Shown: piece by piece, positions 1-12,983 of the stretch
Layout of the letters: each line of letters starts with the position of its first letter
How positions within the stretch are numbered: position 1 is the stretch's first letter
Assembly: GCA_051294375.1 (NCBI GenBank)
Contig: CM119270.1
Coordinates: forward strand, 21,881,897-21,945,896
Length of the DNA stretch: 64,000 bases
Direction of reading: 5' to 3'
DNA from: Paraspadella gotoi
Taxonomy: Eukaryota > Animalia > Chaetognatha
The notes under the pieces: generated by a model
What the model was told of the DNA's origin: nothing
Databases searched by the model: none
Seen by the model: only the letters and a program-made list of their open reading frames with translations
Made by a program: the position numbers and the translations under genes

Positions 1-108
1 ATTTCTTAGCGGGCATTGGAATTTTTAAAGAATTCGGCCGACGATTTTATTTACTTTCTTATTAATAATAATAATCAGGATCTCCACTTAAGATAAATAT
101 AAACTCAC

Positions 109-191
109 ATCCTGGATGAATTCCGTTGGATTGATGTTTGACTCCGACTCTCGTCAAACTCGTTGTCCGCCCGAGATTCGAAAAGGTTTCC
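109..191 (-). CDS. possible internal exon of an unidentified minus-strand gene running off the left edge
   Basis: Non-repetitive segment bounded on the minus strand by ...attaaAG and GTGAGT; open in at least two frames (e.g. ETFSNLGRTTSLTRVGVKHQSNGIHPG); no recognisable family. Confidence 0.3.
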
Positions 192-1251
192 TTTAATAAA
201 GAGATAAAAATAATAAAATTAAAATTTAATTAATAAATAATAATAATAANNNNNNNNNNNNNNNNNNNNNNNNNNNNNNNNNNNNNNNNNNNNNNNNNNN
301 NNNNNNNNNNNNNNNNNNNNNNNNNNNNNNNNNNNNNNNNNNNNNNNNNNNNNNNNNNNNNNNNNNNNNNNNNNNNNNNNNNNNNNNNNNNNNNNNNNNN
401 NNNNNNNNNNNNNNNNNNNNNNNNNNNNNNNNNNNNNNNNNNNNNNNNNNNNNNNNNNNNNNNNNNNNNNNNNNNNNNNNNNNNNNNNNNNNNNNNNNNN
501 NNNNNNNNNNNNNNNNNNNNNNNNNNNNNNNNNNNNNNNNNNNNNNNNNNNNNNNNNNNNNNNNNNNNNNNNNNNNNNNNNNNNNNNNNNNNNNNNNNNN
601 NNNNNNNNNNNNNNNNNNNNNNNNNNNNNNNNNNNNNNNNNNNNNNNNNNNNNNNNNNNNNNNNNNNNNNNNNNNNNNNNNNNNNNNNNNNNNNNNNNNN
701 NNNNNNNNNNNNNNNNNNNNNNNNNNNNNNNNNNNNNNNNNNNNNNNNNNNNNNNNNNNNNNNNNNNNNNNNNNNNNNNNNNNNNNNNNNNNNNNNNNNN
801 NNNNNNNNNNNNNNNNNNNNNNNNNNNNNNNNNNNNGGGCACAAAGTTCCATAAGGATCAGACAGTGGACCCTTTCATAAGAATTACAGAGAACAGTGCT
901 CTCGCCCGTAGCACAGGCTACGTAGCGGGATAGATATCAGTAACTAAAGAATAATCGATGCGCTACGCTGTCTCAACTGAAGAAAAAAAGTCTAGAGTCG
1001 AAATGAAATTTGCAATTAATGTTTCTTGCATTTTATTCTTTCAAATTCTCAATGGGTTAAGGATTCAAAATGCTCTGGTATAAATTTGTGGTAACTATTT
1101 CTGCCGGTGATGATACGGACAACAACAACCGCAACAAGGACGATGACAACGACGACGACAACGACGACAAAAACGACAAACTGGCAACGCCTCTGGTCAG
1201 CTGCTGCTACGAAACTCGACTCTTGAATGATGCATGAGAAACGAATAGAAT

Positions 1252-1435
1252 TCAATGAGAGGCGGACTTTGGCGGCGTCGGTGGCGGCGTCGGAGGCGGC
1301 GGCGGCGGCGGCGGATGCGGCGCCGGCGATGGAGGCAGAAAAGGAGGCGAATTCTTGTTGTTGTTGTTATTCGGGGCGGCAGCGGTGGCCGCAGCCAAGG
1401 AATTAATGGCTTCACTGTTCTTTTCATATTCATCT
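1252..1435 (-). CDS. possible Pro/Asn/Ala-rich exon (DEYEKNSEAINSLAAATAAAPNNNNNKNSPPFLPPSPAPHPPPP...SASH*)
   Basis: GC-rich island following a pyrimidine tract on the minus strand; low-complexity translation; no family motif. Confidence 0.25.
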
Positions 1436-2272
1436 TTTGTTGAAGGGAGAGAGAGANNNNNNNNNNNNNNNNNNNNNNNNNNNNNNNNNNNNNNNNNNNN
1501 NNNNNNNNNNNNNNNNNNNNNNNNNNNNNNNNNNNNNNNNNNNNNNNNNNNNNNNNNNNNNNNNNNNNNNNNNNNNNNNNNNNNNNNNNNNNNNNNNNNN
1601 NNNNNNNNNNNNNNNNNNNNNNNNNNNNNNNNNNNNNNNNNNNNNNNNNNNNNNNNNNNNNNNNGAATTGGGAGAATAAAGTTATCATTAATGGTTATCA
1701 TTAATGTTTATTATTAATGGTCGTCACTATCGCCTTTCAAAAGGCTTTATCATTATATTATGACAATATTCACACGCTTTTTATGAAAAATATAAATACA
1801 TTTGGGCAGCAGCTAAAATATNNNNNNNNNNNNNNNNNNNNNNNNNNNNNNNNNNNNNNNNNNNNNNNNNNNNNNNNNNNNNNNNNNNNNNNNNNNNNNN
1901 NNNNNNNNNNNNNNNNNNNNNNNNNNNNNNNNNNNNNNNNNNNNNNNNNNNNNNNNNNNNNNNNNNNNNNNNNNNNNNNNNNNNNNNNNNNNNNNNNNNN
2001 NNNNNNNNNNNNNNNNNNNTCCTTTGAAATTTAGTTGTCAAATTTTGGTTAGGATTTAATGAAGTATTTATCGATCCATCTGTCGGTAGATCAGTCTGTC
2101 AGTCGGTCTATAAGTCGGTCGGTCTGTTGGTTCATCGTTTGGTTGATTTTTTAAAGATAAAACTTCCCTAATTAACACACTTTAATTTCCTAATAGAATC
2201 CAAAAGTCTATTTCTATCTTAATCTGAAACTTTCTCTTAAACTAAATCTAAAAATATATTTAAAACTAAATA

Positions 2273-2502
2273 TGTGGATAAGGCGATAAATGGGCAGAAG
2301 ATGACTATACGCAACTTCTACAACCCCTTCTAGCAGCCATGAAACGGGACCTGGTCTTGGAACCAGGCTTGAGGGTCTTCCACGCCATCAAAGCGGCTTA
2401 CGGCCGTCCTCACGCTTCCCGCAGGTTAGGTACCGGGTTGGGATTGAACCTGGTACCTATTGGTCATGAGCTGATGGCTTTACTCAAAGAGCTACCGGGT
2501 CA
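2273..2502 (-). mobile_element. tRNA-derived SINE, family A, near full-length copy
   Basis: Minus strand starts GACCCGGTAGCTCTTTGAGTAAAGC (A-box-like), then CTCATGA loop and GGTTCAATCC (B-box). Body CCTGCGGGAAGCGTGAGGACGGCCGTAA...CCCTCAAGCCTGGTTCCAAG is shared with copies at 7.3, 23.3 and 40.8 kb. Confidence 0.8.
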
Positions 2503-2541
2503 GGACTGAAGGTGTCATGCTTATAGGCAATGCCCGACTAC

Positions 2542-2640
2542 AAAACTAAATCTAAAACTAAATCTAAAACTAAATCTAAATCTAAAACTAAATCTAAAAC
2601 TAAATCTAAAACTAAATCTAAATCTAATTCTAAATCTAAA
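2542..2640. repeat. (AAAACTAAATCT)n 12-mer tandem repeat
   Basis: Directly visible tandem array. Confidence 0.9.
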
Positions 2641-3115
2641 TATTTTTTGAAAAATATTTTTTTTTCTGTCGTCGTAGAAAATTCAAGGTTTTTCATTCCT
2701 CGTTTCAGAGGAAGAAGAAGACGAGACTGGTGACCCGTAAACGTCTCTCTCTCTATTACGCTATTTCTCTCTTCTCTCTCTNNNNNNNNNNNNNNNNNNN
2801 NNNNNNNNNNNNNNNNNNNNNNNNNNNNNNNNNNNNNNNNNNNNNNNNNNNNNNNNNNNNNNNNNNNNNNNNNNNNNNNNNNNNNNNNNNNNNNNNNNNN
2901 NNNNNNNNNNNNNNNNNNNNNNNNNNNNNNNNNNNNNNNNNNNNNNNNATCAAACGACCGGAAAAAACAACAACAACAACAACGAGTCACCTTCAACTTT
3001 TCCTCTTGATTTCATTTCGTCTCAACTTTTCCTCTCAACTTAATTTCAATGACAAATTCTGTCATTATCCTAATTTTTTTCACAACTCACAGTTTTGCAA
3101 ATTTATCATTTTCCA

Positions 3116-3483
3116 AACAGGAACGGTGATTCCAATATGTTGCGTCGCAGTGACTTTCTTTTAATATTTTGTGATCACGTGAATGTATTTCTATATGATC
3201 ACGAGTATACATAAGTACAAGAAGTATGATCTCATAACTGAGCAGTCTGCCAAGTAATATCCAAAATGACCTAGTATTTATTGAATTATGCCATCGAATT
3301 TATAGTTTATAGTTTATAAATTATCACAAATAAGCGCAATAAAGATTCAAATATATATAAAATGTCTCCTGGTACCTTACCTTCTTAGCTAATATAAATT
3401 TAATTGATGAAGTATTACTTAACTGACTGACAGAACGACCGACCGAAAAATTATTTAGACGTGGAGTTGCATCGCGATGACTA
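3116..3483 (+). mobile_element. DINE-1/HINE-like non-autonomous element (degenerate copy)
   Basis: 5' AACAGGAACGGTGATTCCAATATGTTGCGTCGC matches the start of 11578-11870; (GACC/GACT) microsatellite and GTTGCATCGCGATGAC stem near the 3' end. Confidence 0.55.
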
Positions 3484-4460
3484 GCGACTGTTTATTCAGT
3501 GAAACTCTTCTACTGTCACACAAAATTAACTTCACTTTGGCAAGGACATTATTTCGCTTAAACCTTACCCTTTACTCTTTACCCTGTCACATTTGTGATA
3601 AAAAATGATGAAAAAGATGTGATAAAAGAAAAATTACATTTATGGGAAACGACGGAAGCTGANNNNNNNNNNNNNNNNNNNNNNNNNNNNNNNNNNNNNN
3701 NNNNNNNNNNNNNNNNNNNNNNNNNNNNNNNNNNNNNNNNNNNNNNNNNNNNNNNNNNNNNNNNNNNNNNNNNNNNNNNNNNNNNNNNNNNNNNNNNNNN
3801 NNNNNNNNNNNNNNNNNNNNNNNNNNNNNNNNNNNNNNNNNNNNNNNNNNNNNNNNNNNNNNNNNNNNNNNNNNNNNNNNNNNNNNNNNNNNNNNNNNNN
3901 NNNNNNNNNNNNNNNNNNNNNNNNNNNNNNNNNNNNNNNNNNNNNNNNNNNNNNNNNNNNNNNNNNNNNNNNNNNNNNNNNNNNNNNNNNNGAAAAAAAG
4001 AAAAAAAGAAAAAAATAAAAAAAAAAAAAGAAAAAAGGGAAGAAAGAAAAAAAGGAAAGAAAAGGGAAAGAAAAAAAAAGGAAAAAAAGAAAGAAAGAAG
4101 GAAAAAAAGAGAGAAAAAGGAAAAATAAGGAAAAAAAAAGAAGAAGGAAAAGAGGAAAGGAAAAAAGAATGAAGGAAAGAAAGATCTTAGTCTTAGGCAA
4201 AAAGAAAGAAAGAATAAAGAAAGAAATACAATATTTTTTCAACTTTTCCATTATAGATTCTCTCTCTGTCTGTCTATCTCTCTCTCTCTCTCTCTCTCTC
4301 CCGTCCTACAATGAGGCAGCGTCTGTCACGTAACGAGAAAAAGAAAGAAAAAGAAAGAAAGAAAAAAGAATAATTTAAAATCCTAAACGTGAGTCTGAGA
4401 TTAAGGGAATTGAATAAATCACCGACAGAGATAATGTCATATTTCGATCCCTCCTTTCCT

Positions 4461-4537
<77 letters not shown>

Positions 4538-4990
4538 CGGTGTTACATACAGTGCTTAGACGCTGACGTTTCCTCCAGAGGCGAAAACAGTGAATTCAAT
4601 TTCGAGCGAAAAAAAGAACAAGAGACAGAACAACTAAAAGAACAACTGAAAATAAAAAGAAAGAACAAAAAATGAAGATTGAGGGAAACAACGCCTCATT
4701 TTGTTTGGAACACTGAAGTTAATTTATCATTGTTTATTAATAATAATTGAAAATGTTCTGTGTAATTTAACCAATGTGACGATGCTTGAGAGAAAAAACT
4801 GTGAAGTGAGAAATGATAAGTGATAGAAAAAACTTTGTAGTGAAAAATTATAAGTGAGAGAAAAAACTGTGAAGTGAGAAATGATAAGTGAAAGAAAAAA
4901 CTTTTCCACAAAAAACGATTTTCTTTCGTTGAAAATGAAAAACATTTCCTTTTGACCCCGTATATTTTTTTTGTCAATGATTTATTTGCG

Positions 4991-5074
<84 letters not shown>

Positions 5075-6156
5075 TTTAGTATCTGTCTTTCTTTTTTGTT
5101 TATTTTTAAAATGCCTAAGCAAGGGTACAAACCGCCTACTTAGTCAATTTACCANNNNNNNNNNNNNNNNNNNNNNNNNNNNNNNNNNNNNNNNNNNNNN
5201 NNNNNNNNNNNNNNNNNNNNNNNNNNNNNNNNNNNNNNNNNNNNNNNNNNNNNNNNNNNNNNNNNNNNNNNNNNNNNNNNNNNNNNNNNNNNNNNNNNNN
5301 NNNNNNNNNNNNNNNNNNNNNNNNNNNNNNNNNNNNNNNNNNNNNNNNNNNNNNNNNNNNNNNNNNNNNNNNNNNNNNNNNNNNNNNNNNNNNNNNNNNN
5401 NNNNNNNNNNNNNNNNNNNNNNNNNNNNNNNNNNGCCGACGATGACGTCCCTTCGCTTCCGGATTTCCTTTTCTCTTTCAGCCGAGCGGGCCGAGCGGAA
5501 GGCGGAAATGACATGGTGAGCATGGCCAAAGCTGGATATGACATGGCGAGAGTGGCTTGGGCAGAAATTATCATGGTGAGCATGGCCAAAGCTGGAAATG
5601 ACATTAATAAATAAATATATAAACAAAAATAAATAAACATGGCTGACAAAGCTGGCGCTACGGTACAATTCACGAACATGTCATGTGACCAGTTATATTT
5701 ATTTTTATTTTCAAAAAAGTGAATTTTGTTGAAAAAAAAAATTGAACTCGTTACTTAAAAAAAAAAAGAAAAAAAAAAAAAAGAAACAAATAGCGAAAAA
5801 AAATTGTCTATTGTTTTAAAGTTGAGCTTCGTGTACTGTCGGTTGATTTCTTATATCATTTTTCTTCTCTTATTAAGTTTGACTATGACGCTGTAAAATA
5901 TTCAAAAACGTATGCTTAACAAGTTTCTAACCATTTTACTAATGAATATATTAATAAAAGATATTACGTAATTAGAAAACTATAAAAAGCTTTCTAAGAT
6001 AAGTACCCATATATTTACAAAATACAGCAATATGCAAATGAGATTTTGCCGTCTCAACGATATGGATCCAAACGAAATCTGCTCCGCCTCCCTCGTTCTT
6101 CTTTCTAAGATTTAAGGAATAAAGAGGAAAGATTAATTAGTCGGAAAATTGACATT

Positions 6157-6240
<84 letters not shown>

Positions 6241-7263
6241 GAGACATGAAATTCAAACTCTTCGTCAGCTGAGAAGAGGAATAGAAAATTGATAATAAAT
6301 TTATAGTTTAAGTTCCTATATTCATATTAATTTAATAATATAGTATTGTCATTTTTTTTACTCAGGTACACATCGATAAATCTAATGTTTTTTTTTTTAA
6401 ATTAAACAAAAAAACTAAACCTTTTATCCTGTATCTTTGTCTCAAAAAGTCAATTAGACTTTATTTTTTGTTTTTTAACATTTTAACGATGATCCTATAT
6501 TTTAAATTTTAAAAACTAAAGAGGGAATGAGAGAATTCGAAAAAGGCTGAAGAAGAAAGAAGAAAGCAATAAAGGAAAACCATTTTCAAAACTCTCTCTC
6601 TCTCNNNNNNNNNNNNNNNNNNNNNNNNNNNNNNNNNNNNNNNNNNNNNNNNNNNNNNNNNNNNNNNNNNNNNNNNNNNNNNNNNNNNNNNNNNNNNNNN
6701 NNNNNNNNNNNNNNNNNNNNNNNNNNNNNNNNNNNNNNNNNNNNNNNNNNNNNNNNNNNNNNNNNNNNNNNNNNNNNNNNNNNNNNNNNNNNNNNNNNNN
6801 NNNNNNNNNNNNNNNNNNNNNNNNNNNNNNNNNNNNNNNNNNNNNNNNNNNNNNNNNNNNNNNNNNNNNNNNNNNNNNNNNNNNNNNNNNNAAGGAAGGA
6901 AGGAAGGAAGGCGAGAGAGAAAGGAAGGAAGGAGGAAAAGAAAGAAAGGAAAGCAGGATAGAAAGAAGAAAGGAAGGAAGGAAGAAAGGAAGAAAGGAAG
7001 GAAGGTAAGGAAGGAGGGAAGGAAGGAGGAAGGAAGGAAAAAAAAAGGAAAGCAGGATAGAAGGAAGGAAGGAAGGAAGGAAGGAAGGAAGAAAGAAACG
7101 TATATTATTTTCTACCTCATTATTCTCGATTGAGATAGGCTGCCGAGCGTGGAGTGTGACCGCGTGTGAAATGTCGCACAAAATATTACTTCCGTTGTGA
7201 CATGTCGCACAAAATCTTCCTTTTGATTTGATCGACTGCGACATGCTTGCGACATTCCACGAC

Positions 7264-7450
7264 CAGCTCATGACCAGAAGGTACCGGGATCGATCCCTAA
7301 TGGCCCTTACCCTGCTGGAAGTGTGAGGACGGCCGTAAACCGCCCTCGGGGCCGGGAAAACCCTCAAGCCTGGTTACAAGCCCAAGACCCGTTCGATCGC
7401 CAGTCAGTAGGTTGAATATTACTATCCGTATCTTCTGTGCCAATTCAACC
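7264..7450 (+). mobile_element. tRNA-derived SINE family A, 5'-truncated copy
   Basis: CAGCTCATGACCAGAAGGTACCGGGATCGATCCC...GTGAGGACGGCCGTAAACC...CCCTCAAGCCTGGTTACAAG matches the other copies. Confidence 0.75.
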
Positions 7451-7493
7451 AGCAATGGGTTGTGGGATTTGATTCATACTTGAAAGTACCATA

Positions 7494-7585
7494 CCGGTGC
7501 CTCATGGTGAACTAATGCAATGCTCGACTACATTAATTGTTTCGCGACCGACGGTTCGATTCCGGGACCGACCATTGTCGGTCTC
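7494..7585 (+). other. degenerate tRNA-like/Pol III head (SINE remnant)
   Basis: CCGGTGCCTCATGGTGG (A-box-like) and GGTTCGATTCC (B-box); no complete cloverleaf. Confidence 0.35.
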
Positions 7586-7676
7586 TCTCAACCTGACGAA
7601 CCAACAATTGAACGAAACCGGAACAAACGACACCAACGTGTGTCGTATTAATATGCCAAATTAGATTTAGGAGAGA

Positions 7677-7727
<51 letters not shown>

Positions 7728-8409
7728 CTTCAGAAACATCGCCTGCTCTGTGTGACATCGCATCAGAAAGCCATTGCAGCATATTTGCATCGCACAATGA
7801 CAAAGCCGCTTTTAGGCTGACGGACTTTTCATTTTCGCTTTTACATTTTTACAAGTTTTAAGTTTGGATTTTTGGTCCTAAGATGCTTAAAGAAGCAATA
7901 CAAATATTATTAGCCGATTCGGTTACAATGTTTGTCTCTATTGTATTAACGAATTACGAATTATTATCATAACAAAAAACTTGAAATGTTTCTATCTTTC
8001 CTTTGAATAATTGTGAGATTACTTGTTTTACTATATTAGACTAAATTAAACTAATTTTTAAAAGGAATATTATTATTAGATGTATTAGATTATATTGTTT
8101 TAATTATTATTTCTTTTCCATTTAATAATGTAATAGGGAGAGGGCTGTGAGTGTTGTCTTCTGGAAAGCATCTATACTATCAAAGATGGAATCGGAACCA
8201 GAAACTGTCTACTGTCTACTGATTATACAACACAAGGTTAAAAACTATTTTCTGCCCTAGTTTTCTAATAAGATATTATATGTCCTTTTATGACATTCTG
8301 TGTCCTTTCATGTCCCACTCTGTAGGCCCAGATCCCACGTTATCTTCTTTTTCTACTTGTCTTCCCTTTCTATCCTCAATATTCAACGATTCTCTCAATT
8401 ATTTATCCC

Positions 8410-8451
<42 letters not shown>

Positions 8452-9259
8452 CGTGTTTGCTCGCGTCTCTGTCTCTCTCTTTTTATGTAAATTATTGTAA
8501 ATCAATTTACTTGAGATCCGTTGCATCGGAAGAGTCATTCACCAATCGGCAGTGAGGGTAATAGTGATAATAATAATTATTAAGGTTATAATGGTTATTA
8601 AAGTTATAAAGGTTATTTCAATAATCCAGCTTTTAATAGATTGTTGATTCTAAGCTTACAGGGCAGTATCTTGTAAGAAGTCAGAAAGCCTTAACTCAAC
8701 AGAACCTCTCTAAAATCATTAAAGCTTTATCATCAAAAAATGTTTGCACTTTTTTCTTTCATTTCTTTATCACTTCATCCCCCCATTCATCACTTCACCC
8801 TCCACCTTTCTCACTTCACCTCTCAAGTCATCACTTCACCCCCCAATCCCCTCTCCTCCCCCCCCACCGCCCCCCCTCTATCCGCTGTATATCACGGTCG
8901 AGTTGCGGTCGGCAATTGAATCCAACGCAAGTTTCCTATGCGTGAATTTCAAATGAGCGCTCTTTCCTTCCCTTCTCTTTCCTTCCCTTCTCTATCCTTC
9001 CCTTCTCTTCCTTCCCTTCTTTCCTTCCCCTTCCTTCCTTCCCTTCTTTTTTTCTCCCTTATTTCCTTCCCTTCTCTTTCTCTTCCTTCTCTTTCCTGCC
9101 GCTTCTCTTTCCTTTCCCTTCTCTTTCCTTCCCTTCTCTTTTCTTCTCTTCTCTTTTCTTCCCTTCTCTTTCCTCCCCTTCGATTCCCTTCCCTCTCTCA
9201 CTCAGGCCTTTAGTGTATCCGCACGTAAACGCATGTATTCGCACGCATGTCGCTGACAA

Positions 9260-9482
9260 TGTTATTGACCTTGAAATTCAAACTGACATTGACCCTGACT
9301 TTGATACTGTCCTTGATACTGACCATGAGACTGATATTGATACTGACATTGATACTGACATTGATACTGACATTGATACTGACATTGATACTGACATTGA
9401 TACTGACCTTGATACTGACATTGATACTGACATTGATACTGACATTGATACTGACATTGATACTGACATTAAGATTGACACA
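9260..9482. repeat. (ATTGATACTGAC)n 12-bp minisatellite
   Basis: Visible tandem array; explains the DTDI/LILT/SVSM pseudo-ORFs. Confidence 0.95.
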
Positions 9483-9679
9483 GACATTATTTATTAATTG
9501 AAACTATAACACACTTACCCATCTAAAGTCACACACTATGGCGCCATTTTATGCTGACTTTAACACACAGACCTCCACACGAACACATAGTCGTCTCACA
9601 CTCGATTTCTTGTTTTTATTATTTTTCTCTTTTCTTTTTTTTTCTCAGACGAAAACGGGACGCAGGAACTCAAGCGTCT

Positions 9680-9920
9680 AATAATGGGGATAATAAAATA
9701 GGAGTAATAGTAGAACTAATGGGATAATAAAAAGGAGTATTAGTAGAAGTAATGGTAGAATTAATGGGAAAATAAAAAGTAATAATAGTAGGAGTAATTG
9801 TAGAAGTAATGGGATAATAAAAATTAGTAATAGTAGAAGTAATAGGATAATAAAAAAGGAGTATAGTAGAAGTAATGGGATAATAAAAAAGGAGTAATGG
9901 TAGAAGTAATAGGATAATTG
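9680..9920. repeat. ~33-bp minisatellite (TAATGGGATAATAAAAAGGAGTAATAGTAGAAG)
   Basis: Several imperfect tandem copies. Confidence 0.85.
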
Positions 9921-10331
9921 TCTAATTCACGCGTTACCTATTTTTTCCGTCCATCTTCAAATTAACTTCAGATGCAAAACCGAAATCATTTTCGTTTTAA
10001 GGAAAATCAAGAACATTAATCGTCCGTCCGAAACTCTACTTTTACGAGTCTAGATTGCCTAATATAAAAACTAAACAGTCAATTGTTATGAACCAATTTC
10101 GTCCTTATTTCTTCATAAAAAAAGTATTCTGGAAATCACATTAAATCTTTTCGACGTGCGACGTTTCAAACGCTTAAATTTCACAAGCGTGAAATGATAG
10201 AAGTAGTAATCGGATTAATAAATCGAAAAATTTTAATAGAATTAAAAACGACGAAAAAGACGAGGACAAAGACGACGACAACAACGACGATTTGCCAGTC
10301 CAGTAGCTAAATTAAAACATGGTCATTCTAC

Positions 10332-10332
10332 A

Positions 10333-10370
<38 letters not shown>

Positions 10371-10421
10371 ACATCATCTTCATCATTTTCATCATCATCT
10401 TCATCATCTTCATCATCTTCG

Positions 10422-10469
<48 letters not shown>

Positions 10470-10529
10470 CACACACATACACACATACACACACACACAC
10501 ACACACATACACACACACACACACACACA
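10332..10529. repeat. (CAT)n followed by (CA)n microsatellites
   Basis: Directly visible. Confidence 0.95.
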
Positions 10530-10610
10530 AATTAAATGCGTAATTTCATTCCCAGACTTCATTGCCAGACAATTCCACGAATGAGTCGAAAGAGAAAGAG
10601 TTAACTTCTC

Positions 10611-10905
10611 GAATTCAACCCAAAAGATCATCGGTTCAATTCAATTTCAATTCAATTCAGTTCAATTCAACACAAAAGATCCTCAGTTCAATTCAATTTC
10701 AATTCAGTTCAGTTCAATTCAACCCAAAAGATCCTCAGTTCAATTCAATTTCAATTCAGTTCAGTTCAATTCGACCCAAAAGATCCTCAGTTCAATTCAA
10801 TGTCAATTCAATTCAATTCAGTTCAATTAAACCCAAAAGATCCTCAGTTCAATTCAATTTCAATTCAATTCAGTTCAATTCGACCCAAAAGGTCCTCAGT
10901 TTGAA
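10611..10905. repeat. ~50-57-bp minisatellite (CCCAAAAGATCCTCAGTTCAATTCAATTTCAATTCAG...)
   Basis: About 6 copies with internal TTCAA pentamer subrepeats. Confidence 0.9.
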
Positions 10906-11004
10906 TCCCATCGAAAATATTCGGGCGTAAAAGTGAGAGGCGTAATATTGACAAACCTCGGGAAGTGAGGTTGAAAAGCGAAGCTCATTTAGTTTCAAAA
11001 TGTC

Positions 11005-11207
11005 TTGGCATACTTTGGCACACTTTGGCACACTTCTGCACACTCTGTCACCGTTTTACACCTTGAGGCACAAATATTCGCTCTTTTGCACACTTTGAGG
11101 CACTTTGGCACACACTTCAGCCCATTTCGGCACACTCGGCCACTAATATTCGCTCTTCGGCACATTTCGGCACACTTTGGAATAATTTTGCACGTTTCGG
11201 CACACAC
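11005..11207. repeat. degenerate (TTTGGCACAC)n ~10-bp repeat
   Basis: Repeated GGCACAC core. Confidence 0.8.
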
Positions 11208-11577
11208 GCAGCCGCGAGCATTTATACGAGTTGTCAGACGCCGTAAACAAACTCGGTGACTCTTTCTCCCTCTTTGCCTTTTATGAATAAAACAAAGATA
11301 TCTACCAATAATATAGAAATAAAAACTATAACCAGAAAAAAAAATGTAAATGGAATAAGAGATGGAAAACTTGAAATTATATTATATGTTAAGAGGTTTA
11401 ATTAATAAAAAGAATTATATTAAATGTTAAGATGTTTAATTTAAAAAAAAAATCTTTTAAATGTTAAGATATTTAATTTTTAAAAAAATAGTAAATTTTA
11501 AGATGTTTAATTTTAAAAAAAAATTATTTCAAATGTTAAGATTTTTAATTTAAAAAAAATATTAAATGTTATTATAA

Positions 11578-11870
11578 AACAAGAACGGTAATTCCAATGT
11601 GTTGCGCCGCAATGACTTTATTTTCACGTATATTTCCTATTGATCACTGTATATGACATGGCATAACGTGCACTGCATTAAAATTCCGTCTTTTATTCCT
11701 TATAGTTTTAGGAATTCCTAAATGCGGCGCCAGCAGGCCCTTAGATTTGAGGATAAGTAAGAAGGACAAACCGACGGACAGACATACCGACAGACCGACC
11801 GACAGACCGACCGACAGAACGACCGAAAAGTGACTTATATAGTTGCTCTGCGAGTACTCGCGACGCAACT
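11578..11870 (+). mobile_element. DINE-1/HINE-like non-autonomous element
   Basis: Starts AACAAG; subterminal GTTGCGCCGC (11601) is inverted to GCGACGCAAC (11860); internal (GACA/GACC)n microsatellite; 3' stem-loop GTTGC..CGAGTACTCG..GCAAC. This layout is typical of DINE-1/Helentron-associated elements. Confidence 0.65.
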
Positions 11871-12937
11871 GTTGGACATAAACTTTCGTCGTAATCCTTC
11901 GATCTTATTTACCTTACGTAAAAGTGTTTAAAAATATAAACAATCGATGTTTGTTTACAAACAATACAGTTCATTGTTATTTCATTACTTTATTTAATCA
12001 TGATTCCATTTTTTACAGATCGCAATTATAATAATTAGCCAACGTCGGGGTTGATATGGGTGAGGGTGAGGCTAAGCAAGGGTGAGCAAGGGTGAGCAAG
12101 AGACGGAAAACCCCGCTCATCACAACTGAAAAGAGACCATTTTCTATTGTTCTTTTAAATTTAGAAAAAAATAATAAACAACGACACAATTAGAATTAAT
12201 ACGTTTTTATCATTCTTTCATTAAACGAAATGTTTTTCATTTGTAATTATTTGAAAATTGTTAAAAATATAAAACACAATATTATTACAAATGCATTTTT
12301 CTCCGATTCTACATTTCAAATCGTTTCTACTAATTTTCTCTTTCATTTTTTTTTCTGACGAAAAATTAAGTTAAATGAAACGAAAAATAACAACTTTTCG
12401 TTTTCCCTTTTTTTCCCCTTTTTTTTCCCCTAAATTTCAAAAACTGAAAATATTTTTTTCATGTTTCGACCTCTAAATGCCAGTGTCTCCCCNNNNNNNN
12501 NNNNNNNNNNNNNNNNNNNNNNNNNNNNNNNNNNNNNNNNNNNNNNNNNNNNNNNNNNNNNNNNNNNNNNNNNNNNNNNNNNNNNNNNNNNNNNNNNNNN
12601 NNNNNNNNNNNNNNNNNNNNNNNNNNNNNNNNNNNNNNNNNNNNNNNNNNNNNNNNNNNNNNNNNNNNNNNNNNNNNNNNNNNNNNNNNNNNNNNNNNNN
12701 NNNNNNNNNNNNNNNNNNNNNNNNNNNNNNNNNNNNNNNNNNNNNNNNNNNNNNNNNNNNNNNNNNNNNNNNNNNNNNNNNNNNNNNNNNNNNNNNNNNN
12801 NNNNNNNNNNNNNNNNNNNNNNNNNNNNNNNNNNNNNNNACAAATAAATAATATACGTACATTAGATAGAAATCTGTCGCTTAGAAACCAGATTGTCGTT
12901 TTGTTTCAAACCTCAAATGGTAAAAAAACAAGGTTAA

Positions 12938-12983
<46 letters not shown>

